Virus record (IMG/VR): IMGVR_UViG_3300029258_003649
Length of the DNA stretch: 64,000 bases
Source: an uncultured virus (IMG/VR IMGVR_UViG_3300029258_003649)
Lineage: Duplodnaviria; Heunggongvirae; Uroviricota; Caudoviricetes
Direction: 5' to 3' (one strand)
Within the stretch, counting starts at the first letter, position 1; each line of letters begins with the position of its first letter. Made by a program: the position numbers and the translations under genes. Below are positions 10,066 to 20,278 of this stretch, piece by piece. The notes below the pieces were generated by a model, which worked only from the letters and a program-made list of their open reading frames with translations, had not been told where the DNA came from and made no database searches.

Positions 10066-11844
10066 ATGGCTGAACGCGCATGGAATCTGGATGATGGATT
10101 TACACTGGTCACGGCGGAAGAGATTAGCTACCTGTCCGGTGTTACCTCCGCCATCCAGACTCAGATCAACGGAAAGCTTGCCAACGTGGTCGAGGACACC
10201 ACTCCCCAGTTGGGTGGTGACCTCGACCTCAACGGCAACACCTTCTCGATCAGTGGTGGCACTGGCCTAGACGGCCAGGCTGTCGTCTCTGACGGCGCTG
10301 GCGGTGTGGCCTGGGAGTACGCAGGCGGCACCGTTCAACCAACCGATGCGAGAACCTACAACATCCGCGCAGCTAACCAGGGCGCTACCGCGGGCAATGC
10401 CCGCGGCGAGAACTCGGTCGACTTGCAGACCGATCGCTCGGTGAATACCCAGGTGGCTTCGGGTGCCCACTCTGTCGTTCTCGGCGGTGAGGATAATACC
10501 GCGCAGAACAACCACGCCATTGCCGGTGGCCAAACCTGTGTGGCCTCCGGCGTCAACGCCGTGGCGATCGGTGTAAGTTGTACTTCGTCGGGCCTCGCCG
10601 CGACCGCGCTGGGCTCTGGTAACACCGCAGCCGGGCCGCAAAGCTTCATAGCCTGTCAGGGCAACTCGACGGCGTCTGGCAACGGCTACTGCGTTGTCTT
10701 CGGCCAGAATAACCATATCAGCGGCACCGGCGACTACGGCGGCATCCTGAGTGGCCAGTCGCACGATATCACCACTGGTGGCAACTGGAGTGTGATTGCC
10801 GGTGGCTACGGCCATCAGCTCACAGGCGGTAGTGCGTACAACGGCATCCTGAGCGGTAATGCCAACCAAATCACGCTGCCGCATGTCAACTCCGGTGCCG
10901 GAGCCAATGTGATCTGCGGCGGTCGTAGCAACCTCATCGACGACAACACGCTCGGGACGACGTACTCAATCATCGGCGGTGGGTATCTGCATACCATCGG
11001 CGGTGACTACAACGGCGTTCTCAGCGGCTACGACAACGAGATCGTCGAGAACGCCACGTACTGCTTCCTCGGTGGCGGTGATACCAACCTGATCAGAGGC
11101 ACAGCGAGCGGCTGCGTCATCGTCGGTGGCCACGACAACATCGTGGGCTCGGCCGGTACGGCGGCGATCACCGCTTCGACCGTCGTCGGTGGGCAGCTCA
11201 ACGAGATCGTCGGGCTACAGGACTACTGTTCGATCCTCGGTGGGTACAACAACGACATCACCAGCGGCGACTACGCTACCGTCCTGGGTGGCAACGGCAA
11301 CTCGATCATCGACGCGTCGCATTACGGGCTCGCATCCGGTTATCTGAATGTGGTCTCGTCGCCGCACTCGATCGTGCTGGGCTACTACTGCCGCAGCGAC
11401 CACGAGGGGCTCCATTACGGCAATGGAACTGCCAGCGGTGTTGCCCAGGCCAGCACACACATACTGATGAAGGACGTGACCACAGCAACGCTCACGGAAC
11501 TGGCATATCGCGGCCAGACTCCGGGCACGAACACGACGCTCGTCATCCCGGAAAGTACGACGTGGCTGGTGAAGGTCTACGTCGTTGCTCGTCGGACAGA
11601 CGTAGACGGCGAGGGTGCCGCGTGGGAGTTCAGCTACGCCGTGCGTCGTCCTGCCGGCGTCGGCTACCCGTCGCTTATTGGCTCGGTGAGCAAGACGGTC
11701 ATTGCCGATGACTCCGCCGGCACGTGGGACGCCGATGCGACCATCTGGTCGACCAACTACCGCTTGTACATCCGCGGCAAGGGCGAAGCAGGCAAGACAG
11801 TCAGATTCGTGGCTCGAGTAGAACTTACTCAGGTTAAGGGCTAA
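10066..11844 (+). CDS. Modular fibre/spike protein 3 with GG-x-x-N beta-solenoid repeats
   Basis: Shared N-terminal modules, then about 15-aa [S]xIxGGxxN repeats (adhesin-head-like), then the shared C-terminal domain. Confidence 0.7.
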   Translation: MAERAWNLDDGFTLVTAEEISYLSGVTSAIQTQINGKLANVVEDTTPQLGGDLDLNGNTFSISGGTGLDGQAVVSDGAGGVAWEYAGGTVQPTDARTYNIRAANQGATAGNARGENSVDLQTDRSVNTQVASGAHSVVLGGEDNTAQNNHAIAGGQTCVASGVNAVAIGVSCTSSGLAATALGSGNTAAGPQSFIACQGNSTASGNGYCVVFGQNNHISGTGDYGGILSGQSHDITTGGNWSVIAGGYGHQLTGGSAYNGILSGNANQITLPHVNSGAGANVICGGRSNLIDDNTLGTTYSIIGGGYLHTIGGDYNGVLSGYDNEIVENATYCFLGGGDTNLIRGTASGCVIVGGHDNIVGSAGTAAITASTVVGGQLNEIVGLQDYCSILGGYNNDITSGDYATVLGGNGNSIIDASHYGLASGYLNVVSSPHSIVLGYYCRSDHEGLHYGNGTASGVAQASTHILMKDVTTATLTELAYRGQTPGTNTTLVIPESTTWLVKVYVVARRTDVDGEGAAWEFSYAVRRPAGVGYPSLIGSVSKTVIADDSAGTWDADATIWSTNYRLYIRGKGEAGKTVRFVARVELTQVKG

Positions 11845-11846
11845 AC

Positions 11847-14800
11847 ATGTCCCTGCACTATAACAACAGAACGAATCAGATCGAAGCGATCGGCACAGCC
11901 GGTACGCTGGTGAACTTCACCGGGTTGGGAATCAACAACCTGGTCGAAGACACTACGCCCCAACTCGGCGGCGATCTCGATATGAACGGCAACAATATCG
12001 AGGGCGTCACGCCTACGGAGATGGGCTACCTGTCCGGCGTCACAAGCGCCATCCAGACACAGCTGAATGGTAAGGCTCCGACCTCGCACACGCACGTCGA
12101 AGCCGACATCACTGATCTCGGAAGCTACCTTGAGAACGTCGTAGAAGATACTACTCCGCAGCTCGGTGCTGACTTGGACGTGAACGGACACACGTTCAGC
12201 ATAGGAGCCAGCACCGGAGCAGCTAACCAAGTCCCAACGTCCAACGGCGCGGGTGGTCTTAGCTGGGCGGCTCCGCAGGTCGTCGCCGACACCACCCCGC
12301 AGTTGGGCGGTGACTTGGACATGAATAGCAACAACATCACCGCGGCAGGTCCGACAACGATCTCGCCGACGGAGGTGTCGTACCTGGACGGCGTCACGTC
12401 CAACATTCAGGATCAGCTCGATGCGTTGGCGGGCGGCGGTGGCGGCACGGTCCAAGGATCGGACGCGACCTACGACATCCAAGCAGCCAACGAAGGCACG
12501 GTCGCAGGTAACGCCCGTGGTGAAAACTCGGTCGACCTCCAGACTGACCGTGCCCTGGCAACACAGGTCGCCTCGGGCGTCGCCTCTGGTATTCTGTGGG
12601 GCCACGACAACCTGGCTTCCGGTGCCGATTCCATGGCCGGTGGCTATCTCAACACCTCATCGAATACCTACACTATCGCGATGGGCGACACCAACACTGC
12701 TTCCGGTGCCTCCTCTATAGCGATGGGGAATGACAACACGGCATCCAACGGCTTCTGCTACGCCATCGGCTCGACCAACAGTGTTACTGGATACAGCTCC
12801 CTGGGTTTCGGCTGGAGTAATACGGTAGCAGGCGGAGGCGCCGTGTGCCTCGGAGGAAGCAACTCGATCGCCGGCTTCGACAGCGACTGCATCGCGATCG
12901 GGACCTCCAACAATATCTCTGGCGGAACGGGTACGACCGGCAACCGGCACGTCGCCATCGGCTACGACAACGACATCTCGGCTAACGGCGGCACCTCCAC
13001 GATCGTCGGCGGCTTCAGCAACGACATCACAGGCGGCTCCAGCAACAGCGGCAACGCGATCTTCGGTGCGGTCCTCTGCACGATCGACGCCAACCAAGGG
13101 TCAAATATCCTGGGTGGGTCGACAAACACGATCACCACCAACGGCACCTACAATACGATCTGCGGTGGGCTCCAGAACGACATCACCAGCGGCGACCTGG
13201 GCTACAACGTCATCGGCGGCGGCTACGGCAACACCAACAGCGGCGGTTACTCGGTCTGCTGCGGCGGCGACATCAACACGGCTGGCTACCGATGGACATT
13301 CGTCGGCGGCGGGCGCAACAACAGCAGCGCCGGTGACTTCAACGGCATAGGCTGCGGTGACAGCAATATCACGTCGGGCAGCAGCTATTCGACCATCCTT
13401 GGTGGGCGGGCCAATACAATCACTGCCGGATCGTATTCTGCGGTCATTGGCGGGTGGCAGTGTGACGTGACGGCCAGCTACGCACTCGCATTTGGGCGAC
13501 AAGCCCGTGCCATCCATAGCGGGGCCATGGTCTTCGCAGACGGTTCCGCAGCCGCCGATTTCGACTCGATCGCCACCAACGAGTTTGCTATCCGGGCCAG
13601 CGGTCTCCGCCTCGTCGACGGAAACCAGACCAACGGCTACGTCCTGACATGCGACGCCAATGGCACAGGCACCTGGCAAGTCAACGCCGCCAACGATGCC
13701 GACGCCATCCACGACAACGTGGCGGGCGAGATCGCTTTGATATCGTCCAAGGCTACTCCGATCGGTGCCGACTTGGTGCTGATCGAGGACTCCGCGGACT
13801 CGAACAACAAGAAGCGGGCGACTGTATCGTCGCTTGCCTCAGCGGTCGGTGCAGGTACGAAACAAGCCAGCGACGGCACCTACGACATCCAGCCCACCAA
13901 CGAGGGTGCGGTTGCCGGTAATGCTCGCGGCGAGAACTCGGTCGACCTGCAGACAGAACGGAACGCGGCCAACCAGATAGCCTCGGCAACGTACTCGGTC
14001 ATCGTCGGCGGTGCTCGCAACCGTGTCGACGAGAGCTACAGCTCGATTCTGGGCGGCTACGCCAACTACATCGCTGCGTCGTCCCTCTCGGGCTACCATG
14101 TTATTCTCGGCGGCAGCACGAACACCATCTCCGCAACAACAGGCGAGTTCAACGCCATCGTCAGCGGGGAGACCAACCAGATTGGTGTGACGACAGCGGC
14201 CTCGGACTACTGCTTCATCGGCAGCGGTCAGCAGCATACGGTTGATGGCAACTACGGAGTCGTCTGCGGTGGTCTCAACTGCGACATGAACACGCCGTTC
14301 TACGGCTTCCACGGCAACGGCAGCCAGAACAACCTCACGTCGACGGGCGATTACAACACGATTCTGAACGGCTTCTCGCACGACCTGACCGGCTCGTCGG
14401 ACTATGGGCTGATTCTGCAAGGTAACAACAACCAAGTCTCGGCCTTCTACGCGACGGTCATCAACGGCGTCAACTGCACGGCGACCCAAAACGGTGCTCT
14501 CGTCGCGGGAAATACGAACGACTGTGCCTCTAGTTATGGTGTCTGCTTCGGCAGCGTGAATGACGTAGGCACTGGCGGGCAATGCAGCATCCTCGGCGGG
14601 TCTAGCAACGACATCTTCGCAGGCAACTCCAATACGATCTGCGGCGGGCAGAGCAACGTAATCACGACGGCCCAGTCTGATTACAACTTCATCGGCTGCG
14701 GCAGCAGCAACACGATCGGCGGCGTCGGTAGCGACCGAAATGCCATCTGCGCCGGTGCGACCAACGCTATCGGAACGACGCACGCCTCCTTCAACTGCTT

Positions 14801-15578
14801 CATCGGCAGCGGCTCTCAGAACCTCATCAACGCTGATTATGGCGTCATTGGTGGTGGGCTGGACAACGAGATCCAGACTGGCGGCGACTATACGTTCATC
14901 GGCTCCGGTACGGATCACATCGTCAACGCGTTGTACTGCGTCGTCGCTGGCGGGCACACCAATGTCATCAACACCGGCTCGAACTACGCCGTTATCCTGG
15001 GTGGCCTGCAAAACACGATCACCACCGCCGACCACAGTTACGTGCTTGGCAGCAACTGCACAATTTCGTCTGGTGCCGATTACTCACAGGTGAGCGGTTA
15101 TTACGGCGACGCTTACAACTACGGGCAGCGAGCGAGGGCTTCCGGGCGCTTTGCAGCCACTGGCGATGCACAGACCAGCGAATACACTATTCGGCGTGCG
15201 TTGAATCACATTAACAATTCCTGGTACGACCTGACGCCTAGCGGTGCCAATCTTACAGGTTCAAACGGGATGGTGTTGAAAGCCAACGCCACCTGGACAT
15301 TCGACGGGATCGTTGTCGGGTCCAACGACGCGCAGAGCAAGACAATCCACTGGCGTGTCACCGGTGCCATCAAGAACGTCGGCGGAACGATGACACTGAA
15401 GAACGCGGTTGTCGACGTCATCGACAACAGCGACGATACGCTGTATGAGTGCCAAGTAGTAGCAAATACTACCTATGACGCGCTCAGTATCCAGGTGCGT
15501 CGCTCTGTGGCTGGCGCAGCGCCAGCCGATTCCATGCGATGGGTAGCTCACGTACGCACAGTTGAGGTGATCTACTAA
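11847..15578 (+). CDS. Large modular fibre/adhesin protein 4 (1243 aa) with two beta-solenoid blocks
   Basis: Two GNARGENSVDLQT modules, each followed by GGxxN repeats; MRWVAHVRT terminus. Confidence 0.7.
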   Translation: MSLHYNNRTNQIEAIGTAGTLVNFTGLGINNLVEDTTPQLGGDLDMNGNNIEGVTPTEMGYLSGVTSAIQTQLNGKAPTSHTHVEADITDLGSYLENVVEDTTPQLGADLDVNGHTFSIGASTGAANQVPTSNGAGGLSWAAPQVVADTTPQLGGDLDMNSNNITAAGPTTISPTEVSYLDGVTSNIQDQLDALAGGGGGTVQGSDATYDIQAANEGTVAGNARGENSVDLQTDRALATQVASGVASGILWGHDNLASGADSMAGGYLNTSSNTYTIAMGDTNTASGASSIAMGNDNTASNGFCYAIGSTNSVTGYSSLGFGWSNTVAGGGAVCLGGSNSIAGFDSDCIAIGTSNNISGGTGTTGNRHVAIGYDNDISANGGTSTIVGGFSNDITGGSSNSGNAIFGAVLCTIDANQGSNILGGSTNTITTNGTYNTICGGLQNDITSGDLGYNVIGGGYGNTNSGGYSVCCGGDINTAGYRWTFVGGGRNNSSAGDFNGIGCGDSNITSGSSYSTILGGRANTITAGSYSAVIGGWQCDVTASYALAFGRQARAIHSGAMVFADGSAAADFDSIATNEFAIRASGLRLVDGNQTNGYVLTCDANGTGTWQVNAANDADAIHDNVAGEIALISSKATPIGADLVLIEDSADSNNKKRATVSSLASAVGAGTKQASDGTYDIQPTNEGAVAGNARGENSVDLQTERNAANQIASATYSVIVGGARNRVDESYSSILGGYANYIAASSLSGYHVILGGSTNTISATTGEFNAIVSGETNQIGVTTAASDYCFIGSGQQHTVDGNYGVVCGGLNCDMNTPFYGFHGNGSQNNLTSTGDYNTILNGFSHDLTGSSDYGLILQGNNNQVSAFYATVINGVNCTATQNGALVAGNTNDCASSYGVCFGSVNDVGTGGQCSILGGSSNDIFAGNSNTICGGQSNVITTAQSDYNFIGCGSSNTIGGVGSDRNAICAGATNAIGTTHASFNCFIGSGSQNLINADYGVIGGGLDNEIQTGGDYTFIGSGTDHIVNALYCVVAGGHTNVINTGSNYAVILGGLQNTITTADHSYVLGSNCTISSGADYSQVSGYYGDAYNYGQRARASGRFAATGDAQTSEYTIRRALNHINNSWYDLTPSGANLTGSNGMVLKANATWTFDGIVVGSNDAQSKTIHWRVTGAIKNVGGTMTLKNAVVDVIDNSDDTLYECQVVANTTYDALSIQVRRSVAGAAPADSMRWVAHVRTVEVIY

Positions 15579-16621
15579 TGACAGTTGAACTCAACCATAC
15601 AGCCAACACGATCGAGGCCATCGGCTCCGAGGGTTCGCTGATCAACTTCGGCGAAGGCATCGTCCAGGGCACCGACGGCAACACATACAATATACGTGCC
15701 GGTAACGAGGGTGCGACCACCGGCAACGCCCGTGGTGAAAACTCGGTCGACCTACAGACGTTCCGCGACGCTGCCGACGACGTAGCGGGCGCCATTTACT
15801 CGGTCATTGTCGGCGGAGACTCCAACCAGATCGACTCCGGCGGCGCACGCTCGTCCATCGTAGGCGGCCAGGACAACTGGATTACACAGCCGTGGGGCTT
15901 CATCGGCGGCGGACAGGAGAACCAGGCCGGAGCGACACATGCGGTCGTCTGCGGCGGCTACTCCAACCAAGTCTCGAACATCTACGGGTTCATCGGCGGC
16001 GGCTACAACGGCTTGGTGAGCGGCCAGTACGGCAGCGTGGTCGGCGGCCTCGACAACCAGTGCCAAGCCAACTATGGCGTGGTCATTGGCGGCGACGACT
16101 GCTGGGTACATGCCAATGCTCCGTACGGCGTCGCACACGGACTCGAAGCACAGGCCATGCGGTACACAGAGCGATGCTTCGCCAATGGCCAGTTCTTCGA
16201 CCGCGGGGACAACCAGTTCGGCGAGATGATGCTGTCGCGATCTGTGACGCACTCATCGACAGCCTGGTTTGATTTGTACCTCAACGGTACAGATACCACG
16301 CATCTGGCGGTACTGGATACGGCGGTCAACGGCAACACCATCTGGACGTTCGAGGCTATGCTCGTCGGAGCCACCAGCGGTCTGGGCAAGACGTTCAGCT
16401 ACAAGATCACTGGCTGCGTTGAATGCGACAACGGCACGATGTCGATCCTGGGCCAGTCCACAAGCGTTATTCACGAGAGCGACACCAATTTCAACGCACA
16501 GGCAGCCGTTGACGGGACCAACCGGGCGCTGCTCATCCAGGTTTCAGATAGCGGCGCTGCCAGTGATGTGGTACGCTGGGTCTGTCACCTGAAAACCGTA
16601 CAGCTACGCTGGAATACATAG
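15578..16621 (+). CDS. Modular fibre/spike protein 5
   Basis: N-terminus resembles the protein at 11847 (NxIEAIG); GNARGENSVDLQT, GGxxN repeats and an RWVCHL terminus. Confidence 0.7.
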   Translation: MTVELNHTANTIEAIGSEGSLINFGEGIVQGTDGNTYNIRAGNEGATTGNARGENSVDLQTFRDAADDVAGAIYSVIVGGDSNQIDSGGARSSIVGGQDNWITQPWGFIGGGQENQAGATHAVVCGGYSNQVSNIYGFIGGGYNGLVSGQYGSVVGGLDNQCQANYGVVIGGDDCWVHANAPYGVAHGLEAQAMRYTERCFANGQFFDRGDNQFGEMMLSRSVTHSSTAWFDLYLNGTDTTHLAVLDTAVNGNTIWTFEAMLVGATSGLGKTFSYKITGCVECDNGTMSILGQSTSVIHESDTNFNAQAAVDGTNRALLIQVSDSGAASDVVRWVCHLKTVQLRWNT

Positions 16622-16632
16622 GAGAATCAAGA

Positions 16633-16956
16633 ATGAGTATGCAACGTACTTTCGACGACGAGTGTGGGAGCACCCACGCCTCGGCGTACCACAAGATCAC
16701 GAACCTGCGAAATACGCGGGATGCCGAGTCCATGGTCATCTCCGTCTCGATCTTCAAGGACGCACAGGCCAAGACCGACGACAAGGCGCCGGTTGGCTCC
16801 TTCGCGTGCCGCGTGAAGGGTACCGACTACACCACGTACTTCGGTAACGCTGCCGTCGCGCTCGTCGACAAGAGCGAAGTGGTCAAGGCGTACGAGTACC
16901 TGAAGGCTGAGACGCCGGAATACGACGGTACTGCGGGTACGGTCACCGACGTCTAA
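16633..16956 (+). CDS. Small fibre-associated protein (chaperone-like)
   Basis: AGGAG RBS; 107 aa; follows the fibre genes. Confidence 0.5.
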   Translation: MSMQRTFDDECGSTHASAYHKITNLRNTRDAESMVISVSIFKDAQAKTDDKAPVGSFACRVKGTDYTTYFGNAAVALVDKSEVVKAYEYLKAETPEYDGTAGTVTDV

Positions 16957-16970
16957 GAACCGAGGGGCCG

Positions 16971-17873
16971 ATGGCTGAGAAATACTTCCAACTCGATAAG
17001 AACCTCCCTGGCGTCACTGCGCAGGAGCTGTCGTGGCTGGGCGGGCTGAATGACTACATCCAGCCGCAACTGGACGCTACCAATGCGCGAATGCTGACGA
17101 CCGGGATGGGGGCTCGCAAGAGCACCGCCGGCACCCTGACAAAGGGGACGCCGTGCTATTTCGTTGGCTGGGATGCCGTCAATATGGTCATGCTTGTCGA
17201 GGCATCTGACGCCAGCGATCCGGCTACGATGCCGGCACGCATGATCGTGGACGAGGAGATGACAGACTCGACCACTGGGCATGCGTCTGTCATTGGCGAG
17301 CTGGAAGACATCAACACATCGGGCTTCGTCGCGGGCGACGTGCTGTACGTGGCGGCAGGCGGCGGCCTTACCAAGACACCACCTGCTGCGCCCAGCAAAC
17401 AGCAGAAGGTTGCCTTCGTGCTGTTTGCCCATGCGGCTTCCGGCAGGATCGCATTTGCTCCGCTGTTGTCTGGGCACTCGCACTCGCTCGACGAGATCGA
17501 GAACCTTGACCTGATGGTCGTGACGACGGCAGGGCAGAATACGCCGTACTTCGAGGTCAACCAGGTGACGTGGACCTCAGTGGCTAACCTACCGTACGAC
17601 GGAGCCAACGCCGTACTCGATAAGATCACCGCAGTGGTCAGCCGCAACGGTACGTCCGGCACGGCTGAACTTCGGATCTACGACGTGACCAACAGCCAGG
17701 TGATCGCGACGATCACATGGACGGATGATACGATCCACTTGGAAGAGACCACAACCATCAACAACCTGCCATCCAGCAATGCCGTGTTCGAGATCCAGAT
17801 GCGTAAGAGCACAGGCGGCGGCGTGAAGACAGCCCGGTGCCACTCGGTACGGTTCCGGCAAAACTCGACGTAG
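16971..17873 (+). CDS. Fibre-related virion protein
   Basis: N-terminus MAEK..GVTAQELSWL..IQPQLD is like those at 7721 and 10066; C-terminal beta domain is shared with 17882. Confidence 0.6.
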   Translation: MAEKYFQLDKNLPGVTAQELSWLGGLNDYIQPQLDATNARMLTTGMGARKSTAGTLTKGTPCYFVGWDAVNMVMLVEASDASDPATMPARMIVDEEMTDSTTGHASVIGELEDINTSGFVAGDVLYVAAGGGLTKTPPAAPSKQQKVAFVLFAHAASGRIAFAPLLSGHSHSLDEIENLDLMVVTTAGQNTPYFEVNQVTWTSVANLPYDGANAVLDKITAVVSRNGTSGTAELRIYDVTNSQVIATITWTDDTIHLEETTTINNLPSSNAVFEIQMRKSTGGGVKTARCHSVRFRQNST

Positions 17874-17881
17874 GTGACTTA

Positions 17882-18385
17882 ATGGCCCACGAACATTGCT
17901 ACTCATATGACTGTGAGACGTGCAACATCGTCGAGGAATGGCGAGAGGACAAAGACGGTGCGCCTACGGAATGTGTCAACGATTCCGGCCACACAGTGGA
18001 TTGGACCACGCTGAAGATCGTGGGCTCCCGCGACGTGTTGCCCTATGTGACGCTCAACTTCTCCGACGGCACCAACCCATGGTACGAGACACAGAGTACC
18101 GACTGGGTCACTGTCGGGTCGTTCCGCTACGACATCGACGACGGTGAGCGGCACTACCTGTGGGTCGTTGTGGACAAGATTGGCACTGCCGGTACCGCCC
18201 GTGTGCGTGTCCGTAACATCGGCGAGAACAACAACCTATTTTTCAAAGGATGGTCCGAGGAAGGCTACCAAACCAAAAAGGACCCGCCGGCCAATCAGCC
18301 GACCCAGAATTCGATCATGGAGGTGCAGGTGCAGGTAACAGACGCGTCCGACATTCTGCGGATCTACTCCGCCATGATCTACTAG
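17882..18385 (+). CDS. Virion protein with an N-terminal YxCET..APTxC..GHT motif
   Basis: ATG at 17882; shares its N-terminal motif with 18396 and its C-terminal domain with 16971. Confidence 0.6.
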   Translation: MAHEHCYSYDCETCNIVEEWREDKDGAPTECVNDSGHTVDWTTLKIVGSRDVLPYVTLNFSDGTNPWYETQSTDWVTVGSFRYDIDDGERHYLWVVVDKIGTAGTARVRVRNIGENNNLFFKGWSEEGYQTKKDPPANQPTQNSIMEVQVQVTDASDILRIYSAMIY

Positions 18386-18395
18386 GAGCAGCCCA

Positions 18396-19208
18396 ATGGC
18401 CAAGAAATGGAATCGCTACAGCTACTACTGCGAGACAGAGCAGCTGCACATCGTGGAGGATCAGCTCCGCGACGTCGCGCCTACGCAGTGTCAACACGAT
18501 GCCGGGCACACAATCACAGCCGACAGCGTCTCCATCGTGGAGACCATCCACAAAGGCCAGGTCGAGGTTGAGAACACCGTCGACAAAGAGGATCACGATC
18601 CTGTCCGCGTTGTCGTAGCGCCAGGACGTACCGGCTACCGGATGTGTGACCGTGATATCAAAATCATCACCGCCAAGATGGGCGACGAGTCGTTCGAGGA
18701 CATGAAGGTCAATATGGCCGATAACGTCCGCATTGGGTGGGGCGAAGTAACCGTGGTGGGCGTCTACAAGGACGACGGAGCTGGCGGCTACGAGCTCTGT
18801 GCCGATCAGACCGACGCGGACAGCAACGCCTGCCTGACTATCCTGGACTTCCATCCGAACGATCAGGAAGCAACGCCGACAAAGACCGTCTACGAGATCC
18901 AGGGCGGCACACTCTGGGTCGACGACAGCCTGCCGAACGACGCCAACAAGTGGGAGCACCAAGTCTACGTTATCGTGGCACCAAATATCCCGAAGGCGAT
19001 GGGCGGCGGTGTGCGGTTCTTCGACGGGTATCTCTACCCGTATAAGGGCAACTGGATGCAAACCAACAACACGCTGGCTATTGAGTTGGACCCTGCACAG
19101 TCAATCGAGGTATCCCGTCTCCGCGTCTGGGCGTATTACCCAGCAGGTGCCGGGTCGCACACGCATATTCTGCGTCTGCGTACGTTCCGTCCGACGAGTA
19201 CGTTCTAA
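18396..19208 (+). CDS. Virion protein with an N-terminal YxCET..APTxC..GHT motif
   Basis: AGGAG RBS; YYCETE..APTQCQHDAGHTI. Confidence 0.6.
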   Translation: MAKKWNRYSYYCETEQLHIVEDQLRDVAPTQCQHDAGHTITADSVSIVETIHKGQVEVENTVDKEDHDPVRVVVAPGRTGYRMCDRDIKIITAKMGDESFEDMKVNMADNVRIGWGEVTVVGVYKDDGAGGYELCADQTDADSNACLTILDFHPNDQEATPTKTVYEIQGGTLWVDDSLPNDANKWEHQVYVIVAPNIPKAMGGGVRFFDGYLYPYKGNWMQTNNTLAIELDPAQSIEVSRLRVWAYYPAGAGSHTHILRLRTFRPTSTF

Positions 19209-19218
19209 AGGAAGAGTG

Positions 19219-19857
19219 ATGCCGATTATCTGGGTAAGAGTACCGAAGTGCGGAGCGACCTCGTTCCTCCATGTGCTTCGAGAGAACGGTATGCAGGCGC
19301 GGAACCTCAAGAAGGTCCAGTGTGCCGGCATCGACAATCTGAACCACCTCAAGAACGAGGTGGCGATCCTGACGGGACCGAACGGCAATTCGTACTACGA
19401 TTATGCATCCGTGCGGAACACGTGGTCGTTCGCCGTTGTCCGCAACCCGTGGGCGAGAGTGGTCTCCGCCTGGCGATTCTGCACGCTGCTCAAGAACAAG
19501 ACGCTGCGACGCGTGCTGCAGGAGCTGCCACACAAGAACCAGTTCGACGGGATCTACGCGGACGCGGACCCGAGTGAGTTGAAGTCGGCGTGGTACCACT
19601 TGACCCTGCCCCAGGTGCAGTTTGTCAAGGACCGCCAGGGGAACATGCGACCGAACCGGATCATAAAGCTGGAGGAAATCGCCGTTGGAATGGACCCGGT
19701 ATGGGACCATTTAGGCCTCCCAAAGCAGGAGATGCCTCGCCTTAATACCTCCGGCCATCCACGGTATACTGAATACTACGACGCGAAAACACGGAAGATG
19801 GTGGACCGCCTCTTCGAAGAGGACATCCAGACATTCGGCTACTCGTTTGGCCTGTAG
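19219..19857 (+). CDS. Sulfotransferase (Sulfotransfer_2-like)
   Basis: PAPS-binding VPKCGATS motif, VRNPWARVVSAW, HxxxPQ and a DIQTFGY C-terminus. Confidence 0.85.
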   Translation: MPIIWVRVPKCGATSFLHVLRENGMQARNLKKVQCAGIDNLNHLKNEVAILTGPNGNSYYDYASVRNTWSFAVVRNPWARVVSAWRFCTLLKNKTLRRVLQELPHKNQFDGIYADADPSELKSAWYHLTLPQVQFVKDRQGNMRPNRIIKLEEIAVGMDPVWDHLGLPKQEMPRLNTSGHPRYTEYYDAKTRKMVDRLFEEDIQTFGYSFGL

Positions 19858-19868
19858 GAGACCACAAA

Positions 19869-20267
19869 ATGGCAATGCCACGCATCACGTCCCGCGCAAC
19901 GTACACCACGCCGTCAGCGGTGGAGAAGGATTACACCGACCTAGAGCTCGATCGATTTACCGTGAAGGCCCTGCCCAACGGTGACAAGTTGGTCCGTGCT
20001 GAGCTGCGGCCGTACAACTGGGACACCAAGGAGTTCGCGAACAGTCGGGCCAACGACAACGTCATCATCAACATTCCCAGCCTTGCCGCTGAAATGGACC
20101 GCTGCTCGGCGATTCAGGCGGTGGTCAACTCGCTCGGCGATCTGCTCAACAAGCTGGTGATCGAGAAACAGCTGTTGGAAGAGATCGATGCGCTGGAAGA
20201 GGGTCAGGACCCGACGGGACTGCAGAACCAGCTCAACTCAGTACGCACCCAGCTGGGTGCCACCTAA
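19869..20267 (+). CDS. Hypothetical protein
   Basis: AGGAG RBS; coiled-coil C-terminus. Confidence 0.6.
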   Translation: MAMPRITSRATYTTPSAVEKDYTDLELDRFTVKALPNGDKLVRAELRPYNWDTKEFANSRANDNVIINIPSLAAEMDRCSAIQAVVNSLGDLLNKLVIEKQLLEEIDALEEGQDPTGLQNQLNSVRTQLGAT

Positions 20268-20278
20268 GGAGCCCCATC

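Noticed and set aside
7847..10081. Long antisense ORFs (744 aa here; also 1539-2789, 23414-24706, 54779-56224)
   Set aside because: They are shadow frames of GC3-biased + strand genes, with R/V-rich non-globular translations and no RBS.
5973..16621. Diversity-generating retroelement or invertase shufflon behind the fibre repeats
   Set aside because: No reverse transcriptase or recombinase is in the window, all copies are co-oriented, and differences are mainly synonymous rather than adenine-specific.
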